Shown piece by piece: positions 21,701 through 31,698 of a DNA stretch of 64,000 nt. The number at the start of each line of letters is the position of its first letter. Positions within the stretch are counted from its first letter, which is position 1. Position numbers and translations under genes: made by a program. Origin of the DNA: Escherichia coli (lineage in GTDB: Bacteria > Pseudomonadota > Gammaproteobacteria > Enterobacterales > Enterobacteriaceae). The stretch lies in the NCBI RefSeq assembly GCF_965641715.1, contig NZ_OZ282453.1. One strand, 5' to 3'. The notes under the pieces are model-generated. The model ran no database searches and had not been told where the DNA came from. It saw only the letters and a list, made by a program, of their open reading frames with translations.

Positions 21701-23378
21701 CGTCTACGCAGGTACGCTGGCGGATGCATCGGTCAGTGGCGCGACAGGAAGCCTGTCGTTAATGACGCCACGGGATAATGTTACGCCAGTTAAACTCGAA
21801 GGGGCGATCCGGATTACCGATAGCGCGACATTAACTATCGGCAATGGCGTTGATACGACGCTTGCCGACCTGACGGCTGCCAGCCGGGGCAGTGTCTGGC
21901 TTAACAGCAATAATTCCTGTGCAGGCACCAGCAACTGCGAGTATAGAGTAAACAGTTTGCTACTTAACGACGGTGATGTTTATTTATCAGCACAAACAGC
22001 AGCGCCAGCCACAACTAACGGTATATACAATACGCTGACAACCAATGAACTTTCCGGTAGCGGTAATTTCTACCTGCATACCAACGTTGCAGGCTCCCGG
22101 GGCGATCAACTGGTCGTCAACAACAACGCCACTGGTAATTTTAAAATCTTTGTTCAGGATACCGGCGTCAGCCCACAGTCTGACGACGCGATGACGCTGG
22201 TGAAAACAGGGGGAGGGGATGCTTCGTTTACGCTGGGCAATACCGGCGGTTTCGTTGATCTTGGGACCTATGAGTATGTCCTGAAAAGTGACGGCAACAG
22301 CAACTGGAACCTGACCAATGATGTCAAACCCAACCCGGACCCCAACCCAAATCCCAACCCAAATCCCAACCCAAATCCGAAGCCAGATCCAAAACCAGAC
22401 CCAAAACCGGATCCGAAACCAGACCCGACTCCCGAGCCAACGCCGACACCCGTTCCGGAGAAACGCATCACGCCTTCTACCGCAGCCGTACTCAATATGG
22501 CAGCAACATTACCGTTGGTATTTGATGCTGAGCTAAACAGTATTCGCGAGCGGTTGAACATAATGAAAGCGAGTCCACGCAACAATAATGTCTGGGGGGC
22601 GACGTATAACACCCGTAATAATGTCACCACCGATGCGGGGGCCGGGTTTGAGCAGACGCTGACCGGAATGACAGTGGGGATCGACAGCCGTAATGATATT
22701 CCTGAGGGGATTGCGACGCTGGGCGCTTTTATGGGTTATTCCCATTCACATATCGGTTTTGATCGCGGAGGATATGGCAGTGTGGGCAGTTATTCTCTGG
22801 GCGGCTATGCCAGTTGGGAACATGAAAGTGGTTTCTATCTGGACGGTGTCGTGAAGCTGAACCGTTTTGAAAGTAACGTAGCCGGTAAAATGAGCAGCGG
22901 TGGAGCCGCCAATGGCAGTTACCACAGCAACGGGCTGGGCGGTCACATTGAAACCGGGATGCGATTTACCGATGGTAACTGGAACCTGACGCCGTATGCA
23001 TCGTTAACGGGGTTCACCGCTGATAACCCCGAATATCATTTATCCAATGGCATGAAATCGAAATCAGTCGATACCCGCAGTATATATCGTGAACTGGGCG
23101 CAACGCTGAGTTACAACATGCGTCTGGGAAACGGTATGGAAATTGAGCCGTGGCTGAAGGCGGCTGTGCGCAAAGAATTTGTCGATGATAACCGGGTGAA
23201 GGTGAATAATGACGGTAATTTCGTCAATGATTTGTCGGGCAGACGTGGAATATACCAGGCAGGTATTAAAGCCTCATTCAGCAGTACGTTAAGCGGGCAT
23301 CTCGGGGTGGGGTATAGCAACGGTGCCGGTGTGGAATCCCCGTGGAACGCGGTGGCTGGTGTGAACTGGTCGTTCTGA
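18771..23378 (+). CDS. ypjA: YpjA-like AIDA-I-type autotransporter adhesin (about 1535 aa): signal peptide, repeat-rich passenger, Pro-rich linker, C-terminal beta-barrel
   Basis: ORF 18651-23378; probable start MKFMNRTSPYYCRRSVLSLLISALIYAPPGMA (signal peptide) with RBS; passenger built of degenerate ~19-residue repeats; PNPDPNPNPNPNPNPKPDPKPDPKPDPKPDPTPEPTPTP linker; terminal ...GVGYSNGAGVESPWNAVAGVNWSF. Confidence 0.88.
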   Translation: MKFMNRTSPYYCRRSVLSLLISALIYAPPGMAAFTPDVIGVVNDETVDGSQRVDERGTTNSTHIINHGQQNVYGGVSNGSLIESGGYQDVGRHNNYVGQSNNTTINGGRQSIHDGGISTGTTIESGNQDVYKGGISNDTTIKGGNSHISGGTANGTIIDGGSQRVTTQGHVDSTTINKSGSQDITQGSLATNTTINGGRQYVEQSTVETTTIKNGGEQRVYESRALDTTIEGGTQSLNSKSTAKNTQIYSGGTQIVDNTSTSDVIEVYSGGVLDVSGGTATNVTQHDGAILKTNTNGTTVNGTNSEGAFSIHNHVADNVLLENGGHLDINAYGSANKTIIKDKGTMSVLTNAKADATRIDNGGVMDVAGNATNTIINGGTQNINNYGIATGTNINSGTQNIKSGGKADTTIISSGSRQVVEKDGTAIGSNISAGGSLIVYTGGIAHGVNQETGSALVANTGAGTDIEGYNKLSHFTITGGEANYVVLENTGELTVVAKTSAKNTTIDAGGKLIAQKEAKTDSTRLNNGGVLEVQDGGEAKHVEQQSGGALIASTTSGTLIEGTNSYGDAFYIRNSEAKNVVLENAGSLTVVTGSRAVDTIINANGKMDVYGKDVGTVLNSAGTQTIYASATSDKANIKGGKQTVYGLATEANIESGEQIVDGGSTEKTHINGGTQTVQNYGKAINTDIVSGLQQIMANGTAEGSIINGGSQVVNEGGLAENSVLNDGGTLDVREKGSATGIQQSSQGALVATTRATRVTGTRADGVAFSIEQGAANNILLANGGVLTVESDTSSDKTQVNTGGREIVKTKATATGTTLTGGEQIVEGVANETTINDGGIQTVSANGEAIKTTINEGGTLTVNDNGKATDIVQNSGAALQTSTANGIEISGTHQYGTFSISGNLATNMLLENGGNLLVLAGTEARDSTVGKGGAMQNQGQDSATKVNSGGQYTLGRSKDEFQALARAEDLQVAGGTAIVYAGTLADASVSGATGSLSLMTPRDNVTPVKLEGAIRITDSATLTIGNGVDTTLADLTAASRGSVWLNSNNSCAGTSNCEYRVNSLLLNDGDVYLSAQTAAPATTNGIYNTLTTNELSGSGNFYLHTNVAGSRGDQLVVNNNATGNFKIFVQDTGVSPQSDDAMTLVKTGGGDASFTLGNTGGFVDLGTYEYVLKSDGNSNWNLTNDVKPNPDPNPNPNPNPNPNPKPDPKPDPKPDPKPDPTPEPTPTPVPEKRITPSTAAVLNMAATLPLVFDAELNSIRERLNIMKASPRNNNVWGATYNTRNNVTTDAGAGFEQTLTGMTVGIDSRNDIPEGIATLGAFMGYSHSHIGFDRGGYGSVGSYSLGGYASWEHESGFYLDGVVKLNRFESNVAGKMSSGGAANGSYHSNGLGGHIETGMRFTDGNWNLTPYASLTGFTADNPEYHLSNGMKSKSVDTRSIYRELGATLSYNMRLGNGMEIEPWLKAAVRKEFVDDNRVKVNNDGNFVNDLSGRRGIYQAGIKASFSSTLSGHLGVGYSNGAGVESPWNAVAGVNWSF

Positions 23379-23388
23379 CCATCAACGA

Positions 23389-23412
23389 AAAAGCCCACAT
23401 CTGTGGGCTTTC
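23389..23412. terminator. Hairpin after ypjA (possible terminator)
   Basis: Inverted repeat AAAGCCCACA-TCTG-TGGGCTTT directly after the ypjA stop. Confidence 0.5.
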
Positions 23413-23538
23413 ATGTCACCAGGAGCCGCGGCTCCTTTGCGTATCCTTTTATGTCTCCTCACCGTCTGGTCGGTGTCCTGCTGAGACTTCTAACTTCCTG
23501 TTTTTGTTGGTGTTGTTTTTACACCGTCCAATCATGAT

Positions 23539-23901
23539 TGGTGGAGCTGGCGGGAGTTGAACCCGCGTCCGAAATTCCTACATCCTCGGTACTACATGCT
23601 TAGTCAGTCTTTACATTCGCTTGCCAGCTGCGGACGGACACGCCACTAACAAACTAGCCTGATTAAGTTTTAACGCTTCAACCCCAGGCAGGGCTTCCAC
23701 GCGATCTCTTTTGGGTTTGACCTCTCTTGATCCCCGTCCTAAGAGCGGAGGCTAGGGAGAGAGGGCTCTAAGCAGGTTATTAAGCTGCTAAAGCGTAGTT
23801 TTCGTCGTTTGCGACTATTTTTTGCGGCTTTTTACGAGGCCAACCGCCCCTCGGCATGCACCTTGGGTTTCGCAAATCCCGTCGAATCCAGAATCAGCCC
23901 C
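23539..23901 (-). ncRNA. ssrA: tmRNA (SsrA), 363 nt
   Basis: Reverse complement matches the recalled E. coli tmRNA from 5' GGGGCUGAUUCUGGAUUCGACGGG... through the tag-encoding region to the 3' ...GGUUCAACUCCCGCCAGCUCCACCA. Confidence 0.97.
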
Positions 23902-24115
23902 AATGTGTAAAGGTAAGTATACCAGATTTATGAGCGCCATGACCAGCCTCAATGGCGTTATCGTTAAAGATTTAGCACCCATGTAGCCTGATTTTTATTC
24001 GATTAAGCAATGGGATGGCAACATCTTCGTCGGATGTGATAGCCAATAAGATGTTCATTCGCGCCGCCGGAGAGGGAGGCGCGGTGAGGAACTGGTCAAT
24101 AATTGGAGTGCAGGT

Positions 24116-24598
24116 TTAACGGTGGGCGTTTTTCATTATACGCGCTTTATCCACCTGCCATTCGCGTTCTTTGATATCTGAACGTTTATCGTGCTGTTTC
24201 TTACCTTTGGCGACGCCGATTTTCACTTTGCACCAGGCATTTTTCCAGTACAGGGAGAGCGCCACTACGGTATAGCCTTCTCGATTGACGCGACCGTACA
24301 ATGAGTCCAGTTCGCGCTGGTTGAGAAGTAACTTGCGGGTACGGGTAGGATCGCACACCACATGCGTGGAGGCCACGGCCATTGGCGTGATGTTAGCGCC
24401 AAACAGAAATGCCTCTCCGTCACGCAGAAGGACGTAGCTGTCGCTGATATTGGCTTTTCCTGCGCGCAGGGATTTAACTTCCCAGCCTTGCAGGGCAAGT
24501 CCCGCTTCGAACTCTTCTTCGATAAAGTATTCGTGACGGGCGCGCTTGTTAAGCGCGATGGTCGCTGAACCAGGTTTATGTGCTTTTTTCTTCGTCAT
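24116..24598 (-). CDS. smpB: SmpB SsrA-binding protein
   Basis: 160 aa [59 protein letters not shown]... Confidence 0.97.
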
Positions 24599-24729
24599 AA
24601 GCGTCGTGAATCATCGGTAATCTGAAATCGAAAACACCCCATATCAATCCTGCGGGGGACAAGGCTCTATCTTAGCATGAACCCGATGTTACCCAGCGCC
24701 GGGATAGCGTTTTTTTTACAGCAGGATAA

Positions 24730-25206
24730 ATGATATTATTTGTTGGATTTTTGTTGATGGAAATTGTTATGCCTCAGATTAGCCGGACCGCACTGGTACC
24801 CTACAGCGCGGAGCAAATGTATCAGTTAGTGAATGACGTTCAGTCTTATCCTCAGTTTTTGCCGGGTTGTACCGGAAGTCGGATTCTGGAGTCCACTCCT
24901 GGGCAGATGACTGCGGCGGTAGATGTATCTAAGGCTGGGATCAGCAAAACGTTTACTACCCGCAACCAGTTGACCAGTAACCAAAGTATTCTTATGAATC
25001 TGGTGGATGGGCCGTTCAAGAAATTGATTGGTGGATGGAAGTTTACGCCGCTGAGCCAGGAGGCGTGTCGTATCGAGTTTCATCTCGACTTTGAGTTTAC
25101 CAATAAGTTGATTGAACTCGCCTTTGGTCGCGTGTTTAAAGAGCTGGCGGCTAATATGGTCCAGGCTTTTACGGTTCGTGCGAAAGAGGTTTACAGTGCC
25201 AGGTAA
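24730..25206 (+). CDS. ratA: RatA (YfjG) ribosome association toxin, SRPBCC family
   Basis: ORF 24730-25206 (alternative start [30 protein letters not shown]... at 24769). Confidence 0.9.
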   Translation: MILFVGFLLMEIVMPQISRTALVPYSAEQMYQLVNDVQSYPQFLPGCTGSRILESTPGQMTAAVDVSKAGISKTFTTRNQLTSNQSILMNLVDGPFKKLIGGWKFTPLSQEACRIEFHLDFEFTNKLIELAFGRVFKELAANMVQAFTVRAKEVYSAR

Positions 25207-25486
25207 AATTGCCGTTGAGGTGGCTTATGCGCTACCTGAGAAGCAGTACCTGCAGCGAGTGACGCTGCAGGAGGGCGCGACGGTTGAAGAAGCTATTCGC
25301 GCCAGTGGCTTGCTGGAATTGCGTACCGATATCGATTTAACTAAAAACAAAGTCGGCATTTACAGCCGTCCGGCAAAACTAAGTGATAGTGTGCATGATG
25401 GCGATCGGGTGGAGATTTATCGCCCTCTCATTGCCGATCCGAAAGAGCTTCGCAGGCAACGAGCAGAAAAATCAGCGAATAAATAA
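25196..25486 (+). CDS. ratB: RatB (YfjF) UPF0125 protein
   Basis: GTG start overlapping the end of ratA; translation (M)[63 protein letters not shown]... Confidence 0.8.
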
Positions 25487-25493
25487 CAGACAG

Positions 25494-25524
25494 AAAAAAG
25501 GTGCTCATTGAGCACCTTTTTTAA
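25494..25524. terminator. Bidirectional rho-independent terminator between ratB and bamE
   Basis: AAAAAAGGTGCTCA-TTG-AGCACCTTTTTT perfect hairpin flanked by A-run and T-run. Confidence 0.8.
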
Positions 25525-25547
25525 CGTCTTTGAGAGCAACTTTATTA

Positions 25548-25889
25548 TTAGTTACCACTCAGCGCAGGTTTGTTATCAATATTGGTCAACACACCGCTAC
25601 TGTTAAAGGTCAGCGTCAGCGTTTGCTGCGTTACACCTTCATGACCTGGTTGCTGGCGGAAGACATAGAACCAGGTATTCGTACCAAATGGATCGGACAT
25701 CAGCGGTGTACCCAATGCGTACGCAACTTGTTGTTGCGTCATGCCAACACGTATTTTGGATACGTCGTTAGCGGTCAGATAGTTCCCCTGGTTGATGTCA
25801 GGACGGTAAACCACTCGCTCCAGAGTGGAACAGCCTGCGGTCAACATCAATAGTACTGCTGCTGCAGCAGTCAGCGTTTTACAGCGCAT
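25548..25889 (-). CDS. bamE: BamE (SmpA) outer-membrane lipoprotein of the BAM complex
   Basis: 113 aa [58 protein letters not shown]... with lipobox LTAGC. Confidence 0.95.
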
Positions 25890-26037
25890 AGTGATTTGAT
25901 TCCTTTTCGGGCCCGAGCAGTACGTGGCTCATCTGTAATATGCCGATGATAATAGACCTTTCATCACTTTAAAACCTTTTGCTTTCCAGTCTTACGACGT
26001 TTTGCTGTTTACTCTGACCGTGAAGCAGGAAAAAAGT

Positions 26038-27699
26038 TTACGCCGCAAGCAGTTCTTTCGCATTCGCCAGTGTGTTACGTGTGACTTCACTGCCACCAAG
26101 CAGGCGCGCCAGCTCTTGTAACCGCGCTTTTTTATCCAGAGATTGCATATGCGTTTCTGTCATCGCACCATCGGTTTCTTTGCTGACAAAATAGTGTTGA
26201 TGACCACATCCCGCGACTTGTGGCAGGTGGGTAACACACATCACCTGAGTTGATTCGCCGAGTTGACGCAGCAGTTTGCCGACAACTGCCGCTGTTGGAC
26301 CGCTAATCCCTACATCCACTTCATCAAAAATCAGTGCCGGGGTTTCCATTTTACGCGCGGTAATGACCTGGATTGCCAGTGCGATGCGGGACAATTCACC
26401 ACCGGATGCGACTTTGGCAATAGGCTGCATTGGCTGACCTGGGTTGGTGGTTACCCGAAACTCAATACGATCGGCGCCGTCAGCGCCCAGGTGATGCTCG
26501 TCAAATTTGACATCAATCGTAAACTGCCCATGCGGCATTGAGAGCGCATGCATGCTGTCGGTGATCAGCTGTGCAAGTTCTTCTGCATAATGCTGGCGTT
26601 GCTGGTGTAATGCGCGCGCCGTTTCCAGTGCCTGCTGATGATGTTTCGTTACCGCCAGCGCGAGCGTTTCTTGTGAGTCGGCCTGATCGTCCAGTTGCTG
26701 CTGTTCTTCCAGTAGCGACTGGTAATACTGTGGCAATGTCTCAGGGCTGACGTGATGTTTACGTGCCAGCGAAATCTGTTTTGAGATGCGCTGTTCAAGT
26801 TCAAACAGTCGGTTGGGATCGAGATCCAGACGATCGCAGTAGTGGCGCAGTTCGTCGCTGGCTTCAACAATCTGGATGGTAGCTTCTTCCAGCATATCAA
26901 GTACGCCGGACAGTTTGCTGTCCATGCCAATCAATTCGCTCACCAGTTGTTTAGCCGTGTAAAGCTGACTTTGCAGGTTTGCGTCTTCACCGTCGGCCAT
27001 TAATGCCAATGCATTCTGGCTGGTGGTCAGCAATTGACCGCTGTTCGCCAGACGTTTGTACTCTTCGTCGATTTGCTCAAACTCTCCGGGCTGCGGATTA
27101 AATTCGTTAAGTTCTTTTAATTGGTATTGCAGCAGTTCCGCACGGGCAGCACGTTCCTGACTTAACTGTTGATGATGCGCGAGGTCACGGCAGCTTTGAT
27201 GCCACAACTGATAACGTGCGGTCATTTCCTGGAGTAGAGAGGTTTCATTGGCATAGCCATCAAGCAGGAACTTTTGGTGCTCGGGTTTGGTGAGTAACTG
27301 ATGAGCGTGCTGACCATGGATCTGAATCAGCAACTGACCCAGTTCGCGCAGTTGTGACAGAGGAACAGCTGTACCGTTGATGAAACCACGGGAGCGACCA
27401 TCGCTGCTGATCACGCGACGAAGCAAACATTCATGCCCGTCTTCAAGCTGGTTTTCTTCCAGCCAGCGCAGAGCCGCTGGCGTATCTTTCAGAGAAAAAC
27501 GAGCGCACAGGTCAGCGCGAGCAGCGCCGGTACGCACCATGTCGGCTTCAGCGCGACCACCGAGACAAAGACCGAGGGCATCTATTGCAATAGATTTACC
27601 CGCGCCGGTCTCGCCAGTTATTACGGTCATGCCGCTATGAAAATCAATCTCAAGCTCACGAACGATAGCAAAGTTGCTGATGGTCAGTTGTGCCAACAT
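26038..27699 (-). CDS. recN: RecN DNA repair protein (SMC-like ATPase)
   Basis: 553 aa [59 protein letters not shown]... Walker A GETGAGKS. Confidence 0.97.
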   Translation of the reverse strand: MLAQLTISNFAIVRELEIDFHSGMTVITGETGAGKSIAIDALGLCLGGRAEADMVRTGAARADLCARFSLKDTPAALRWLEENQLEDGHECLLRRVISSDGRSRGFINGTAVPLSQLRELGQLLIQIHGQHAHQLLTKPEHQKFLLDGYANETSLLQEMTARYQLWHQSCRDLAHHQQLSQERAARAELLQYQLKELNEFNPQPGEFEQIDEEYKRLANSGQLLTTSQNALALMADGEDANLQSQLYTAKQLVSELIGMDSKLSGVLDMLEEATIQIVEASDELRHYCDRLDLDPNRLFELEQRISKQISLARKHHVSPETLPQYYQSLLEEQQQLDDQADSQETLALAVTKHHQQALETARALHQQRQHYAEELAQLITDSMHALSMPHGQFTIDVKFDEHHLGADGADRIEFRVTTNPGQPMQPIAKVASGGELSRIALAIQVITARKMETPALIFDEVDVGISGPTAAVVGKLLRQLGESTQVMCVTHLPQVAGCGHQHYFVSKETDGAMTETHMQSLDKKARLQELARLLGGSEVTRNTLANAKELLAA

Positions 27700-27725
27700 A
27701 GTCGTTTTCCTGTATGAAAAACCAT

Positions 27726-27767
27726 TACTGTTATTGTGTACAGTATAAACTGGTTTTATATACAGTA
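27726..27767. promoter_or_regulatory. Two LexA operators (SOS boxes) in the recN promoter
   Basis: TACTGTTATTGTGTACAGTA (27726-27745) and ACTGGTTTTATATACAGTA (27749-27767) fit CTG-N10-CAG immediately upstream of recN. Confidence 0.85.
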
Positions 27768-27784
27768 AAGAGGCTGGCGTAAAA

Positions 27785-28663
27785 TTAGAATAATTTTTTT
27801 GACCAGCCGAGCTTGGTGCTTAATGTATTGAAATAACTGTAATCTTTCGGATGAATCAGATTCAGATGGTAATCACAGCGACGAATCAGGACATCTTCAC
27901 CTTCCTGAATCGGCAGTGCTATCTGGCTGTCGCAACTGATTTCCAGGTCGTTACGGCGATGCGAAAAACGCAGACGGATCGTGCTGCTGCTGTTTATGAC
28001 CAGTGGTCGTGCTGACAACGTATGCGGGAACATGGGCACCAGGGTAATCGCATCCAGAGAGGGGGTCAGAATAGGACCGCCCGCAGAGAGGGAATAGGCG
28101 GTGGAGCCTGTTGGCGTCGAAATAATTAGCCCATCAGATCGCTGAGAAAACGCAAAGATCTCGTCGATATACACTTCGAACTCTATCATATGCGCCACTT
28201 TGCCTGGATGAAGTACCACTTCATTTATCGCGGTGCTGATGCGCTTTTGGCAATCTTGCTGACAGACTTGCGCTTCCAGCAAAAAACGTTTCTCGCTGAT
28301 GTAGTGACCTTCCAGCACATCGGCTAATTGTTGCTGGGCGTTATCGGGGTCAAGGTCAGTCAGGAAACCCAGGTTGCCACGGTTGATTCCAATAACTTTA
28401 ATATCGTAGCGGGCGAGCGTGCGCGCCGCGCCCAGCATATTACCGTCGCCACCAACGACTACCGCGAGATCAGCCAGTTGCCCAATCTCCGCGAGCGTGC
28501 CAGTTTTCACATTCTTCAGTTGCAATTCGTGAGCGATTTGTTGCTCAACGATGACCTCGTAACCTTTTGTGCACAGCCAGCGGTAGAGCATTTCATGTGT
28601 TGTCAGTGCAGTAGGGTGCCGTGGGTGTCCCACAATGCCAATACACTTGAAATGATTATTCAT
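27785..28663 (-). CDS. nadK: NadK NAD kinase
   Basis: 292 aa [50 protein letters not shown]... with GGDGN motif. Confidence 0.97.
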
Positions 28664-28752
28664 TTTTCCGAGGTCCTTGTTGCGAAGATTGATGACAATG
28701 TGAGTGCTTCCCTTGAAACCCTGAAACTGATCCCCATAATAAGCGAAGTTAG

Positions 28753-29379
<627 letters not shown>

Positions 29380-29402
29380 TTTCTGTTTTCGTAATAATTC
29401 AC

Positions 29403-29432
29403 GGCCCTGCATGCGAATGCAGGGCCGTTTTC
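29403..29432. terminator. Bidirectional terminator between grpE and yfjD
   Basis: GGCCCTGCAT-GCGA-ATGCAGGGCC hairpin followed by GTTTTCG. Confidence 0.8.
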
Positions 29433-29433
29433 G

Positions 29434-30696
29434 TTACTCCGCCACACTCTCGCGCAGCGGTTTCACAGGAAAAACTTTTACCTGCTTAATCATATTGTCC
29501 TGTACGTCGAGAATATCGATATCGTACTCGCCAATACGCACGCGGGTGCCTGCGACAGGGATCTCTTCCAGTGCCTCAAGAATGACGCCATTAACCGTGC
29601 GGGCATCATCTTCCGGTAGATGCCAGTTAAAGGCTTTGTTGATTTCCCGCACGTTGGCAGTGCCATCAATAATCACCGAACCGTCGTTTTGCGGCGTGAC
29701 CTCTTCGGCAAGTGTTGGCGACATCGACGTGGTGAAATCACCAACTATCTCTTCCAGAATATCTTCAACCGTCACCAGCCCCTGAATGTCTCCATACTCG
29801 TTGACGACCAGGCCGACTTTCTTTTTGTTGCGCTGAAACTTAACCAACTGCGTGCTGAGGGGCGTACCTTCCGGCACAAAATAGATCTCGTCCGCGGCGC
29901 GCAGCATGGTTTCTTTGGTGAACTCTTTTTTCTCCGACATCAACCGCCAGGCTTCACGTACTCGCAGCATACTGATGGCGTCGTCCAGCGAATCACGGTA
30001 GAGCACGATGCGCCCGTGAGGTGAGTGGGAGAGTTGGCGCAGAATAGATTTCCAGTCATCGTTGATATCAATACCGATAATTTCACTGCGCGGCACCATG
30101 ATGTCATCAACGGTCATTTTTTCCAGATCGAGCACCGACAGCAGCATATCCTGATTGCGACGGGAAATTTGTGAGCGCGATTCGTGCACGATAGTGCGCA
30201 ACTCTTCTTTGCTCAAAGAGCCGCTGACCACGATATCGGTTTTGATGCCCATAATGCGCATTAACATGCGGGTGATAGCGTTCAGCAACCAGACCAGCGG
30301 CATCATCAAAATTTGCAGCGGTGCTAACAGAATACTACTCGGATAAGCGACTTTTTCCGGGTATAGCGCAGCGATAGTTTTCGGCAACACTTCGGCAAAA
30401 ACCAGCACCACAAAGGTCAGCACACCAGTCGCAATTGCCACGCCCGCATCGCCGTACAAACGCATCCCAACAATAGTGCCGAGCGCGGAGGCAAGAATAT
30501 TGACCAGGTTATTGCCGATTAACACCAGGCTTATCAGCCGGTCTGGCTTACGCAGCAATTTTTCGACGCGTTTGGCCGAGCGATTACCCTGTTTCGCCAT
30601 ATGTCGCAGACGATAGCGGTTGAGGGTCATCATTCCGGTTTCGGACCCGGAGAAATAGGCTGAAATGACCACCATGATGATCAGAATAATGATCAA
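29434..30696 (-). CDS. yfjD: YfjD (CorC/HlyC-family, DUF21-CBS-CorC domains) putative ion transporter
   Basis: 420 aa ORF with N-terminal TM domain and CBS pair; MIIILIIMVVISAYFSGSETGMMTLNRYRLRHMAKQG... Confidence 0.9.
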   Translation of the reverse strand: MIIILIIMVVISAYFSGSETGMMTLNRYRLRHMAKQGNRSAKRVEKLLRKPDRLISLVLIGNNLVNILASALGTIVGMRLYGDAGVAIATGVLTFVVLVFAEVLPKTIAALYPEKVAYPSSILLAPLQILMMPLVWLLNAITRMLMRIMGIKTDIVVSGSLSKEELRTIVHESRSQISRRNQDMLLSVLDLEKMTVDDIMVPRSEIIGIDINDDWKSILRQLSHSPHGRIVLYRDSLDDAISMLRVREAWRLMSEKKEFTKETMLRAADEIYFVPEGTPLSTQLVKFQRNKKKVGLVVNEYGDIQGLVTVEDILEEIVGDFTTSMSPTLAEEVTPQNDGSVIIDGTANVREINKAFNWHLPEDDARTVNGVILEALEEIPVAGTRVRIGEYDIDILDVQDNMIKQVKVFPVKPLRESVAE

Positions 30697-30740
30697 CGTA
30701 GTAGTAGAAATGTGTTCCAGGGGAAACTCCTTTTCTGGGT

Positions 30741-31532
30741 TTAGCTGATTAACTGCTGGACAATTCGGCTGCCGAAGTAGGCCAGTGTCAGAATGACTGC
30801 ACCCGCAACGTTAAACCAGACGACGCGGCGTCCACGCCATCCTTCATGATAATGTCCCCACAGCAGCACAATATAGACAAACCACGCCACGATAGAGAGC
30901 ACAGCCTTGTCGATATTTTCCATGCTAAATAAGTTGTGCATGTAGAACAGGCCAGTGCAAAGCGTGAGCGTTAGCAGCACCACGCCAATCTGCGTGATGT
31001 GGAACATTTTACGCTCGATACTCATCAATGGCGGCATTTCCTGGTTAAACGCCAGCTTCTTGTTCTTCAGTTGGTAATCAATCCACGCCAGTTGCAGCGC
31101 GTACAGGGCGGCGATAATTAGCGTGGCATAGGAAAAGAGCGATAAGCCAATGTGCACCAGCATCCCAGGCGTAGCTTCCAGATGGGTGATGTATTCATTG
31201 GGCATGAAGGTTGCCAGCGCCAGGTTGATAAGCGCAAAGGCATAGACAATGGGTAGCAGCAACCAGCCACGATTGCGAGAAGCCACAATGGTCATTACCG
31301 TACAGATCATCAAACTGACCAATGAACCAACGTTCAGCAGGCTGAGGTTTTGTCCGCTATCACCGTCGGGCAGGATGCGGGCTTCCAGAGCGATTGCGTG
31401 GCAGACCAGCGCAATGACCGCAGAAATAATAGCCATGCGCCGCCAGCCGCCGTTTTTTTGCAGCAGACCGGGAACAATCAGCGCAAGACTGACGGAGTAG
31501 GCGACAAGCGCGAGCAGAGCAAAAACGGGCAT
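30741..31532 (-). CDS. ypjD: YpjD inner-membrane protein (cytochrome c assembly CcsA-like family)
   Basis: ORF 30741-31607; probable start MPVFALLALVAYSVSLALIVPGLLQKNGGW...; polytopic membrane protein. Confidence 0.85.
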   Translation of the reverse strand: MPVFALLALVAYSVSLALIVPGLLQKNGGWRRMAIISAVIALVCHAIALEARILPDGDSGQNLSLLNVGSLVSLMICTVMTIVASRNRGWLLLPIVYAFALINLALATFMPNEYITHLEATPGMLVHIGLSLFSYATLIIAALYALQLAWIDYQLKNKKLAFNQEMPPLMSIERKMFHITQIGVVLLTLTLCTGLFYMHNLFSMENIDKAVLSIVAWFVYIVLLWGHYHEGWRGRRVVWFNVAGAVILTLAYFGSRIVQQLIS

Positions 31533-31698
31533 AGTAATGTCGACAGTTTGAGCAATAAGAAAGAGAAGCAGTATAGCGTCAGGTGAACGCTGCTCCAACC
31601 GTTGCATAACAACAAAGACGCCTTCATGTTATACTGCGGCAAAATACTGATGATGTGTCGCGATTGCGGCCAACCGTTTCCACCCCAGGCGAGAGACA

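Noticed and set aside
23902-24115. Possible prophage integrase or att repeat next to ssrA
   Set aside because: No integrase-like ORF on either side of ssrA; the interval is the ssrA promoter and smpB-ssrA spacer, and no duplication of the tmRNA 3' end was seen near ypjA.
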